Assembly (NCBI GenBank): GCA_018304505.1
Contig: JAGVWA010000013.1
Coordinates: 1-41,267 of the forward strand
Direction: 5' to 3'
DNA: 41,267 nucleotides
Origin: Nanobdellati archaeon
GTDB taxonomy: Archaea > B1Sed10-29 > JAGVWA01
The position numbers and the translations under genes are program-made. Shown piece by piece: positions 27,351 to 37,079 of this stretch; position 1 is the first letter of the stretch, and each line of letters opens with the position of its first letter. The notes below the pieces were generated by a model. That model made no database searches. It had not been told where the DNA came from and worked only from the letters and a program-made list of their open reading frames with translations.

Positions 27351-30300
27351 ATGTTGAAAAAAACTCTGGTACTATTAGTAATAATGACCACTGCTTCACT
27401 AGCCTTGACACAGAAAACATTCATGCTGGATCCCGAAAACCCACAATTCACTTTTCTTGAAAACAAATTCAAAGACAACTCAACTATCATCAACTTCAAC
27501 AATTCTGGAGTAAAAACAAAATACATTATGCTACCAAAGGGCGCAAAGATCACAGAGGCATCCATAGCCCTAATAGGGCAAGCAGTGCAAATGAAAGAGG
27601 AAAACGACATTTCTTCAAATTGGTATAGCCCATCAGATGGTCCTGGTGGATACTACAGTACATTATTTCAAATGATAACAATCAACCAAACTCAGATCAT
27701 CGACAGCATACAGATATATGTTAGCGGAAGTTATTCTGGCAATAGATACCAAAAATTTACTGTGCTTAAAGATTGGGACAGAAGCAACTCGCAAATCCCA
27801 CCAAGCAATAACATACTTGCTTCCTGCGAAATAGATGTATACTATTCAGGTTGGACACCTATTGGAAGTTGTACCAACCTGAACTTGACGGTTCAGTCAG
27901 GGGGCTACTGGATAATGCATGATGGTGCAAGAAGCGACAGGCTCTACTGGAAATATTCAACAGACACATACACGGGAGGGATGGTAGGCTATTATTTCTT
28001 CTATTTCAATCAGATTCAGGGCATGCATTTAGCATTTGGTACGAATTCCAATAATGATATGCTTATCAAGGTTCATGGCCGCGCATTCCCAGACAACTTA
28101 CGGCTAAGTAATGAAGATAACAAAACAGAGTTTGCGTCAACCCGCCTATTCAACACAAATGAGACCCTAAGCTTGAACATTTCAAACATTGAAGAAATCA
28201 TAAATTCATGCGGCACAGATGAATGCGATGTGCCCATAAACTTTGAAGCAGGGGGTGTTGGGGGGTTAACTCATACTCCAAACATTACATTTAACATGAC
28301 GCTAATTTCTTCCAACGTATACCAGTGGGAAAATACAGATTCCCTAGCACTTAACCAATCAATAAAGAAAACGCAGACGATCGGCGTATACAATTATGGA
28401 GTCGACACAGTTCTCAAGAAAATAAAAATCCCGAACTCGACAGCAACATGCATAATAGACGGCCAAATACAAAACGTAAGCAATGGCGAGTGCACGATTC
28501 CACAGACAACAATCCAAAAAGGCCAGATAAAACAATTCACCATATGGCACGATGTACTAGGGAAATACAATCCACTCACCAGTGTAATAGCTGCTCGACA
28601 ACAAGACCCAGCAAAGCTTACAGTGCCAAACGAGATGAGTTACTCCCGCCAGAAAATCACGCTAATAAACAATGAAACGGCCTACGGCATGAACGGAACG
28701 ACCTTCACAAACATCAACACTGAAACCTGCATTGACAGTTTCACGTGCCTCAATGACACTTTAATGAGTCTGGGCCCAAACGAAACAAAGGAATGGTACG
28801 TGTACTTCAACAAGACAGCTGTGTGGATGAACGAATCCATTTACCAAGATCCAACAAGGCAAACCGAAATAAACGGCACGGCATACTACCTCCAAGAAGC
28901 CAACCTAACGAACACAGACGACATAGACTACACTATCAACTACAACAAGAGCTGCATAGATAGCTGGGGATGCGACAACAACTCACTCGATCTTACACTA
29001 CAACCGAATTCTACTCTGCAGCACAAAATCCTGAACACATTGGAAAACGCCCTGTTTTATAAAATCGACAGGCGGGAGCAGGATCATAGCAAGGAAACGA
29101 AGCTAAATAGTAAGGCCTTCACCAAAAGGCTCGTAAGCATCATTAACAGCGCAGCATTGCCATTCAAAAACATCTCATGGCGAGTAAGCGCCGATGACGG
29201 CTGGAACGCTTCAATACAAAACGGAACCCTGGACTTCAACGCAAATTCAAATGTAACGTTCTACATTGAACAGGAGCATGACAGCATCCTGACTGCCAAC
29301 TACTCAGATTGGGTGTTCACTAAAACAACATTTGATGAGCAGGCGCTTGAGCAAACAATAACATACCAAAACAACGACAATGACCTAAACTACACAATTT
29401 TTGACGACAATGAGTGTTACTCAACATTAGACTGTACAAAAATAGGCAACGTCACCCTACAACCAGGGACCACTACAAAGATGCTAAACGTTACCAGCGA
29501 CCTCATTGATGAGAAATTCGAGTGGCGACAAGACACACAGGAAAACTCGAGCATCTTCAAAGCGCACATACAACTCAATGCGACAATCAACAACATGCAC
29601 CCACAGAACATAACCAACATTGCATTGCCAATAACGAACCGAGACATGTGGAACTGCTCAAGCTTAGGCACAATAGACCTTGAAGCAAACACCACACACA
29701 AACCGACACACTTAGTGAAATGCGAATCCCAAATCCTACAAACAGGGGCATTCAACAACACATGGAACTCGACACCACACAGCGGAATAATAAACATAAC
29801 AAACGAAACGCTGCTCTACCTATTTGAGGAAAACGAAAGCATCCTAACCGCAGACTACTCAGAATGGGAACAAACCAACATCACCTTCGAAAACCAAATC
29901 CTGACACAAAAAATAACATACCAAAACAACGACAAAGAATTGAACTTTACTGTACTAGATAACAACGACTGCTACTCAACAATGAACTGCTCGCGCATAG
30001 GCAACATAACCATCACGCCCGGAGAAACAACAATGGAAATCAACAGCTCAGGAGACCTAATTTACGAGTCATTTGAATGGCAACAGGACTACAACAGGGG
30101 GTCCAGCATCAATAACATCTACATACGCCTCAAAGCAGCAATAACAAATAACCTCGATAAGGACATAACAAACATCGCACTTCCGATCACCGACAGACCC
30201 GAATGGAACTGCACAACACAAGGCACACTAAACCTGACAAAGAACAGCACGCAAAACTTCTCAAACACAGTAGACTGCAACGCTCAAGCACTAAACACAA

Positions 30301-33183
30301 TAATCAATGACAGAGAACAAGATCAGACAATGGAAACAAAAATAAACGGAAAGGCATTCACAAAGAAAAAGATCAGCATAACAAATCCGGACACCTTAAT
30401 GTACACAAATGTATCCTGGGAACTGCCAGCGGACGAGAACTGGACACCAACATTCAATACCGGAACAATAAACATCACAAGCAACGAAACAATTGAGCTA
30501 TATCTCGAACAGGAACAAGACAGCCTGCTCACTGCAAACTACTCTGGGTGGGAATTTTCCAAGCTCGGTTTTGATCAGCAGATACTAACCAAGATAATTG
30601 AATACAACAACCGTGATATCATGCTGAATTACACCGTGCAGGAAAGCGTGCCATGCTACATGAACATGTCGTGCCAAAACATCAGCGGCAACATAACCTT
30701 AGCACCAGGTTTATCAATAAGCGAAATAAACAGCACAGGGGACATGATCGAAGAGAAATTCGAATGGATACAAGATAAACAACAAAACTCTTCGATCTTC
30801 AAGGCGTTCATAAGGCTCGACGCGAACATCACAAACAACCTAAATAAGAACATCACCGGCATAACATTGCCAATAACAAACCGGACACTGTGGAACTGCT
30901 CAAGCTTAGGCACAATAGACCTTGAAGCAAACACCACACACAAACCGACACACTTAGTGAAATGCGAATCCCAAATCCTACAAACAGGTGTACTGGGCAT
31001 TCAACAACACATGGAACTCGACACCACACAGCGGAGTAATAAACATAACAAACGAAACGCTGCTCTACCTATTTGAGGAAAACGAAAGCATACTCACAGC
31101 CGACTACTCGAACTGGAAACAAACAGACATAAGATTCGACAAACAAACACTAACACAAACCATCGTATACAAAAACAATGACAACGAACTGAACTTCACA
31201 GTCAATGACAACAACAAATGCTACTCAACAATGAACTGCTCAACCATCGGAAACATAACACTAACACCCGGAGAGAGAACCATCGAAATAAACAGCAGCG
31301 GCGACCACATAACAGAATCATTCGAGTGGGGACAGGATCAGGCAAAGAATTCAAGCGTTTTCATGGCCTTCATAAAGCTAAACGCGACGATCAGAAACTA
31401 CTTGGATCAAAACGTGGAAGGCATATTGCTCCCAATCACAAACAGGTCAAAGTGGAACTGCTCTAGTGCCGGAGCCATTGACCTGCAAGCCAACAGCACC
31501 GCAACCCCGGATCATCTTGTCGACTGTGAGGCGCAAATACTGGCCGTGGAAAAACAACAAAGAAAACAAGACCCCTCAAGGAACACCAGCGTAAATGGAA
31601 AGGCATATACAATAACGCCCATAACGATTTCTAACCTTGACAACATTTCTCTACAAAATATTTTCTGGAGCGTCAATGCCACAGAAACATGGAACGCCAC
31701 GGAAAACAAAGGCTACATAAACATAACAACTGAAGAAACAGTATATCTACAGGAGGAAAAGGATTCTGTCATCATGCTGAATGAGTCCGGCTGGGGACTC
31801 AGAAACGCAACAATAAACGCGCAAACAATAGAAAACATATTAACAATAGTAAACACAGACTCAATTGGGTACACGAACATGTCGCATGAGACCTGCTTTG
31901 ACAACGCAACATGTGCTTCCGCGAACATCACAGTGCTCGGAAACGAGGTGCTGAAGCACACGATTCTCATCAAGAAGGACTTCCTCACCAAGGGGTACTC
32001 TTGGGAAAGCGAACCTGGAAAAACATCAAACGCATCTGGCACGCTCTACATACGCCCCATAATAAACATCGAAAACGGCCTGCCATTCAACCTCACAGAC
32101 ATTACATTAGGCAACGTTACACGAGATGCGTGGACCTGCACCTCAGATCCAACGACCAACAACATCACCTCTGGAAACAACTCGTTCATAACTGGAACCG
32201 TGTGCGAAAAGCAAAGCGACCTCTTCATAAGTGAGCCTTACGACATTCGGGTCGACAGCTCAAAGGTAAACAGCATAAAACTCTCAGACGATTATGTCTA
32301 CGTAACCGGCTTTGTCAGAATCGAGAGCTCTGAGAGCGACATAGACTTCATGAACTTAACTTATGACTTCTATGACGCAGGAATTGACGACACATATATC
32401 AACCCTATCAACACAAGCTTCACGGGTACAGTAATCATCTCACCGAAATACAGGGTGCCGATAAGCATTAAGTCTCAGGGCCAGAAGGGGCTATTCAATT
32501 ACTCCGACCAGCTGGTGATTGACGTAAACACGAGCTACAACCGCACAATCCAGGGCCTAAAAATCGCCATCATCAAGCCCTCAGAATCATTCACAATGTA
32601 CAAGTGCAAGGACCCATCGACGTGCAGGTCAGACGTTCAAGGGCATTGGGAGCAAATCAGCACGTCCACAAGCCAGAATGAGATATACGCAACAATAGAT
32701 GTAACTGGTTCCAATAGGCTGCTCTTCAGCTATCATGTGCCAGCCCCTGTGGTCCAGTCTGCCCAGCCGCAAATCAGCGTCCGCGGGGGTATCCTTGCGC
32801 CATTGCCAGTGGCGAAAAAGACTGAAAACACAAGCCGAGAAAACTCAACAGACCAGAACAGCACCTTAAGGAAAATTGACGAGACATTCAAACCGAAAGA
32901 AAATGGAAATGCAAAAACTGATGTGCAAGACACCTCTTCTGAGGCAGTTGTTCCGGAATCCACTGCTCCGCAAAGCACTGGGCAAACTGCTAGCAGCTCA
33001 GGAGGAGCAGGAAAAAATCAAGCCCCACAAGGCATTCCATTCGTTCCGCGCGAACAAGAAGAACAGGCTTCCAACGCAATAAGTGAAATGGTGCAAGTCA
33101 TTGGCATGTCAATCGGCTCGGCACTGCAATCCATAGTCCTGTCGCTGCAGTCGTTTTTCAAGTTCCTAGAAAACAGACCTTAA
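27351..33183 (+). CDS. Very large secreted Asn/Cys-rich repeat protein, split in this assembly by a +1 frameshift at ~30989 (ORFs 27351-31076 and 30988-33183)
   Basis: Signal peptide; recurring ~75-80 aa units (xQD....T..NG.A; W..T.....Q.L.Q.I.Y.NND..C.....C; EW.QD...NSS...WNC...C) continue across the frame change; S/T/Q linker and amphipathic C-terminal helix. Confidence 0.75.
29647..31091 (+). repeat. Near-identical intragenic duplication (29647-29842 vs 30889-31091), period 1242 bp
   Basis: 100 identical bp, then 7 extra bases (tgtactg) in copy 2, then ~96 bp with one mismatch. Confidence 0.92.
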
Positions 33184-34371
33184 GACCTTTTCGCTGAAGC
33201 TGCTGGATTTTTCCTTGATCAGCGTTTGCGATAACATCTCGGCCATCTTCGGGTCCTTCGAAGCCTTGTTGAAGAACAAGTTCATCAAGAACTTACTCCT
33301 GCCAAGTTTTGTTAGGCGCGTGTTCAGCTTGAGTTCTGGCCAGATCTCCTTTTCGATCATTTCATCATACGATTTTAGGCCTCGCTCTGAAAAGTCTCCT
33401 GTCTCAATTGCATCCGCGATGGCATCTATCGCGAATTTTGCAGTCAATAGCGCGTTGCCGATGCCCTCTCCTGTTATCGGGTCTATTAAGTTCGCCGCGT
33501 CTCCAATCAACAGCGCGCCGTTGTAGACCTTTTTTGATTTCAGCGAACCCAGGGGCAAATTCCAGCCTCGCATTTCGCTTACGAGTTCAGCGTTTACAAA
33601 GCGTTCCTTGAATAATGTTTCCTCTTTTATTACTCGATTTACCTCATTACGGATATTGATTTTGCGCTGCTTTGAGTACTTTTCGATTATGCAGAGGCCT
33701 ATGTTTGCCTCTCCGGGGTTTTGCGTCGGGAATATCCAGAAGTACCCTGGAATCAAAGATTCGAGAAAATGTATCTCGATCCTGTCCGTGTTGTTATTGA
33801 TGCCTTTGTAGTATCCACGTATGCCAACCATAACATGGTCTTCAGGCATGCGTTCTTTGCCCAAACGACGACCGACTGGCGTCAATGCGCCGTCTGCTGC
33901 GATGACGACCTTGCAGTTCAATTGAATGTCCTCGTTGTCTTTTGTGGTCACGATGACGCCCTTAACTTGATCGCCATCGAAAACGAGGTCCTTGAAGCTG
34001 GTTTCCTGCATCGCTTCGGTTACCTTGGAAGCTTCCTGGAAAAGCGTGTTGTCAAACACTTCCCGTCGCACTACGTAGCCGCAATACGGCACATCCTTGG
34101 CCACTAAGTCAAGAAGTTGCCCGTTGGGGCCTGAGAATATAACGCCACGCATCTTTGAATGTTCCTTTTGCTCAATAAGGCTTGTCAAGCCTAGTTCCTT
34201 GAGGACGCGCATGCTCTTTCCAGAAATGCCATCGCCGCAGGTCTTGTCCCGCGGAAATTTGGCCTTGTCAACCAGCACTGCCTTCAAGCCCTTCTTGGCG
34301 GCATACAGCGCTGCTGCACTGCCCCCTGGTCCGGCTCCGATGATAACAACATCGTAGTTTCTTTGTTCCAT
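33166..34371 (-). CDS. Geranylgeranyl reductase family protein (full length)
   Basis: DVVIIGAGPGGS, FPRDKTCGDG, R..FD..L, AADG, GYFWIFP, IGDAANLIDPITGEGI. Confidence 0.93.
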   Translation of the reverse strand: MEQRNYDVVIIGAGPGGSAAALYAAKKGLKAVLVDKAKFPRDKTCGDGISGKSMRVLKELGLTSLIEQKEHSKMRGVIFSGPNGQLLDLVAKDVPYCGYVVRREVFDNTLFQEASKVTEAMQETSFKDLVFDGDQVKGVIVTTKDNEDIQLNCKVVIAADGALTPVGRRLGKERMPEDHVMVGIRGYYKGINNNTDRIEIHFLESLIPGYFWIFPTQNPGEANIGLCIIEKYSKQRKINIRNEVNRVIKEETLFKERFVNAELVSEMRGWNLPLGSLKSKKVYNGALLIGDAANLIDPITGEGIGNALLTAKFAIDAIADAIETGDFSERGLKSYDEMIEKEIWPELKLNTRLTKLGRSKFLMNLFFNKASKDPKMAEMLSQTLIKEKSSSFSEKVLRSVF

Positions 34372-34425
34372 GCGGAGTTATTGGAAGCATTAGATATAAA
34401 AACATTGTTTTACACTAAAGAGTTC
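34372..34425. promoter_or_regulatory. Shared bidirectional TATA element for GGR and DUF357 (both leaderless geometry)
   Basis: gatataaaa at 34393-34401 lies ~29-31 nt from both ATGs (34371 minus, 34426 plus). Confidence 0.55.
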
Positions 34426-34680
34426 ATGGACATGAAAAAACTCGAGTTCTGCATTAGCGAGACTGACCTGTGCCTCAGATCATTGGTTGTGAAAGATCCG
34501 CGGGCAGAAATACTGATTAAGTTTGCGCGTGACTATTTTAGCGACGCGCTGCATTACCGGAAAAAGGAAGTCTATGACACGGCACTTGAGGCCACGGCTT
34601 ACGCGCACGGTTTTATTGACGCCGGCGTTTTGCTCGGTTTGATAGAGATTCCAGGTTATCATTTAGAAAAATCAGCGTAG
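34426..34680 (+). CDS. DUF357-family archaeal protein
   Basis: ARDYFSDALHY......ALEA..YAHGFIDAG..LG; start 34426 or 34432 rather than 34363. Confidence 0.88.
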   Translation: MDMKKLEFCISETDLCLRSLVVKDPRAEILIKFARDYFSDALHYRKKEVYDTALEATAYAHGFIDAGVLLGLIEIPGYHLEKSA

Positions 34681-34798
34681 GGCATGCCTGTGCCGTCTGA
34701 TGTGCTCATAGGCTTTATCACGGGGCCCATACTACCAGTTTTAACTTAAGACGGTTTAAACATAAAATATTAAATAGACAGAAAATACATAAATATCC

Positions 34799-35104
34799 AT
34801 GGTTAGTGTTACAATACAGGTCCCAGAAAACATGAAGGTAAACATGAAAAAATGTGGGGATGTAAACTGGTCCGCATATTTAAGAGAACAGATAAAAGAA
34901 AAAATCGATGACTACCTGTTTGTTGAAAACTTTCTCCGGAAAAACCCTGGCATAATTAAAGACCTGAAATTAATCGAAAAACGAATGGATGCTGACGTAA
35001 AATCCGGCAAGCTGAAACCGATTCCAGACGGCATGAGCATTCGCGAATACTTAACGCCAACGGGCAAACGATCAAATAAAACTCGCGAGCTTGATAAGCG
35101 CTAA
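34799..35104 (+). CDS. Ribbon-helix-helix antitoxin-like (VapB-type) protein
   Basis: MVSVTIQVPENMKVNMKK..DVNWSAYLREQIKEKI matches the archaeal RHH 'NWS..R..I' pattern; TATA ~29 nt upstream. Confidence 0.75.
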   Translation: MVSVTIQVPENMKVNMKKCGDVNWSAYLREQIKEKIDDYLFVENFLRKNPGIIKDLKLIEKRMDADVKSGKLKPIPDGMSIREYLTPTGKRSNKTRELDKR

Positions 35105-35135
35105 CTTCTTTTCATTGCTTCTTTGAAAGAAGTAG

Positions 35136-35265
35136 GGGTTACTGACCCGTTTCAGGAACTCGAGAGCGCCAAATTCAGTGATGCTTGCCTCTGCTATCGC
35201 TCCTGATGTCATGTCAAACAGCTACCTGTGGGCCTTGCCATCACGCAGCAGGGGGTCAGCAACCC
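35136..35265 (-). other. Intergenic element closed by a 13-bp inverted repeat: candidate structured RNA and/or degraded PIN-toxin remnant
   Basis: GGGUUGCUGACCC...GGGUCAGUAACCC plus internal stems; the overlapping minus-strand frame 35275-35072 has one internal TAG. Confidence 0.35.
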
Positions 35266-35381
35266 ATGTCTTCATGTGCATCATTGCGCAATTGGGGGTT
35301 TTTAAGGCGTGTTAGTAAGCGGTTTTCCGAGGCATTGGTGCATTGGCAAGGTTTAAATATCCAGTGAGCTTATTCCCCATT

Positions 35382-35813
35382 ATGGAACTACCGGAAATCA
35401 ACATTGACAAGAGCATCTTGATTGCGGCGGTCGCAGTCATCGTAGTGGCAGTCCTTGCCCTTGTTTACATAGTTCCTATAGTGCAGCCGAGGTCTGTGAA
35501 CGCGTATTTTGAACAGTCTACCTTGAGCCTCGGCGAAACAACAAGGCTCTATGTTGAAGTGACGAACCTGTTTACAAAAGACTTAGAGGCTGTACAAGTA
35601 AGCGTAAAAGCGATAGACCCAACAACAATCAGCATTCCTGAAAGCCAACGGGCAATTGCCCAGCAGAACGTCGGCATTGGAGAGATGAAGAAGTTCGAGT
35701 TCCCAGTTACTGTGCTGAACGCCCGCGAGGGCACTTATTCTATAGAGATCACAGTAGACTTTGACGGCAAGATAGAAAGACAAAGAGCGATGTTGCGCGT
35801 AAGGTCATCCTGA
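35382..35813 (+). CDS. Membrane-anchored single Ig-like (CARDB/NEW3-like) domain protein
   Basis: N-terminal TM, GETTRLYVEVTN, GEMKKFEFPV, EGTYSIEITV; TTTAAA exactly 30 nt before ATG 35382. Confidence 0.75.
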   Translation: MELPEINIDKSILIAAVAVIVVAVLALVYIVPIVQPRSVNAYFEQSTLSLGETTRLYVEVTNLFTKDLEAVQVSVKAIDPTTISIPESQRAIAQQNVGIGEMKKFEFPVTVLNAREGTYSIEITVDFDGKIERQRAMLRVRSS

Positions 35814-35819
35814 GTTTTT

Positions 35820-36293
35820 TCATCGTATGGCGACTTGGGTCGTGTCCTTGAACGTGGTGTAGGCAACAACGCTTTCCAGCTTCTTGATGTGCCCAAGGGG
35901 CATGATTTTTTCCATTGCCACTTTATAATAGTCATCAGCGTCTTTAACCCGTACCTTGATTAGGTAGTCCCAGTCGCTGCCACAAATGTGGACCTCCTTA
36001 ACTTCAGGAATCTCGGTTAGCTTTTTCGCGAACTCCCTCTGCTTTCCCTCGTCTTCATAGAACGACTTGTACTCGACCCTGATAATTATAAAGATTGTCA
36101 TGTCCTCCCCTGCTTTTTTGGGGTCGACGTTGGCCATGTACCCTTGTATGATGCCCCGGTCTTCAAGCTTCTTGATTCTCGCATGCAGCGTCGGCACGCT
36201 GAGCTTGAGCTGTTCTGAAAGTGCAGTAAGGTTGGGCTTGCAGTATTCTGCCTTTTGCACTAACTCCAAAATCTTCTTGTCAGTCTCGTCCAT
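35820..36293 (-). CDS. Lrp/AsnC family transcriptional regulator
   Basis: MDETDKKIL..., LS..L.LS.PT...RIKKLE..GII.GY...VD, IPEV.EVH...G.DWDY.IKV. Confidence 0.95.
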   Translation of the reverse strand: MDETDKKILELVQKAEYCKPNLTALSEQLKLSVPTLHARIKKLEDRGIIQGYMANVDPKKAGEDMTIFIIIRVEYKSFYEDEGKQREFAKKLTEIPEVKEVHICGSDWDYLIKVRVKDADDYYKVAMEKIMPLGHIKKLESVVAYTTFKDTTQVAIR

Positions 36294-36369
36294 TCACATC
36301 ATTAGGCTAAATTAGTTAAGCTGTAGCACTGACTAAGTTATAGATCTTAGTTGTTAAAAACGTTTTGCC

Positions 36370-36714
36370 TTATGGCTTTGCCTTGCTTTTCCAGAGCTGT
36401 CTCATCTGAGCCTGCTGCTCTTCTGCCAGCGCAACGAGTTCTTTGCCTACTGCAAGGGTTTCTTGGGGCGTCATCTTGAAGGCCTTCTGCGATTCCTGGT
36501 CCTGCAAGCGAATCATGACGTGCCCATCCTTCGGAAAGTTGCCCTGCATTGCGGGCTCTTCAACTTCAAGCTGCAGCATGTTCCTGTGGCTCTTTCCGTC
36601 CTTGTCCTGGTAGAAATGAGGAAATTGAGAAACTATCATACCCTTAATTATGCATTTTGGGGAATATATCACTTTCTCATGTGGTTTTCCGAGACGTAGT
36701 TTTCCGAGATGCAT
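36370..36714 (-). CDS. Hypothetical protein (possible PC4/Whirly-like beta-sheet plus helix fold)
   Basis: TAATG coupling places the start at 36714; four predicted strands then FKMTPQETLAVGKEL and a long helix. Confidence 0.55.
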   Translation of the reverse strand: MHLGKLRLGKPHEKVIYSPKCIIKGMIVSQFPHFYQDKDGKSHRNMLQLEVEEPAMQGNFPKDGHVMIRLQDQESQKAFKMTPQETLAVGKELVALAEEQQAQMRQLWKSKAKP

Positions 36715-37079
36715 TATGGGTTGCGCAGCCACATGAAGAACTCAAATGGATCCGGGTCCTGCACTGGCGTAAATACAAATGGTACGTCCCGCGTTGAATT
36801 CAGTGTCCAGATCGGCAGGCCAATGAATTCAGGATTGTTGCTATCAATGGTGTAGAAGCCGCTGAAGTAATAGCTCTCGGTTTTCGTTACAACAACCGAC
36901 GTCTTGTAGTAAGTCAAATTCTGATGAACAATGTACGCGTTCAAGCACTCTGGAGATGTGCACTCGAACTCCGCCTGCTTCTGCTTTGTTAGGCCAACAA
37001 AGACATACGCCACAAATGCAATAAGTATGAAGGTAACTGAAATCAAAAGCAGCTCCTGCAATGCGGGGGATAACTTCAT
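36714..37079 (-). CDS. Hypothetical membrane-anchored protein
   Basis: N-terminal TM (LLLISVTFILIAFVAYVFVGL), CTSPEC; ATGA overlap with the nmd3 stop. Confidence 0.6.
   Translation of the reverse strand: MKLSPALQELLLISVTFILIAFVAYVFVGLTKQKQAEFECTSPECLNAYIVHQNLTYYKTSVVVTKTESYYFSGFYTIDSNNPEFIGLPIWTLNSTRDVPFVFTPVQDPDPFEFFMWLRNP

Noticed and set aside
30989-30995. 7-nt micro-intron removed by the nearby EndA, or programmed frameshift
   Set aside because: No bulge-helix-bulge or slippery site is evident. The 7 bases encode the expected VYW of an A unit, and the 100-bp signature points to assembly error.
35222-35224. Amber recoding (pyrrolysine or alternative genetic code)
   Set aside because: TAG ends several clear genes here (4081, 12504, 16262, 33166, 34680) and no pyl genes are seen.
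35136-35265. tRNA, 5S rRNA or SRP RNA
   Set aside because: No T-arm next to the terminal stem, no 5S loop C motif (CCGAAC) and no GNRA-capped SRP helix 8.
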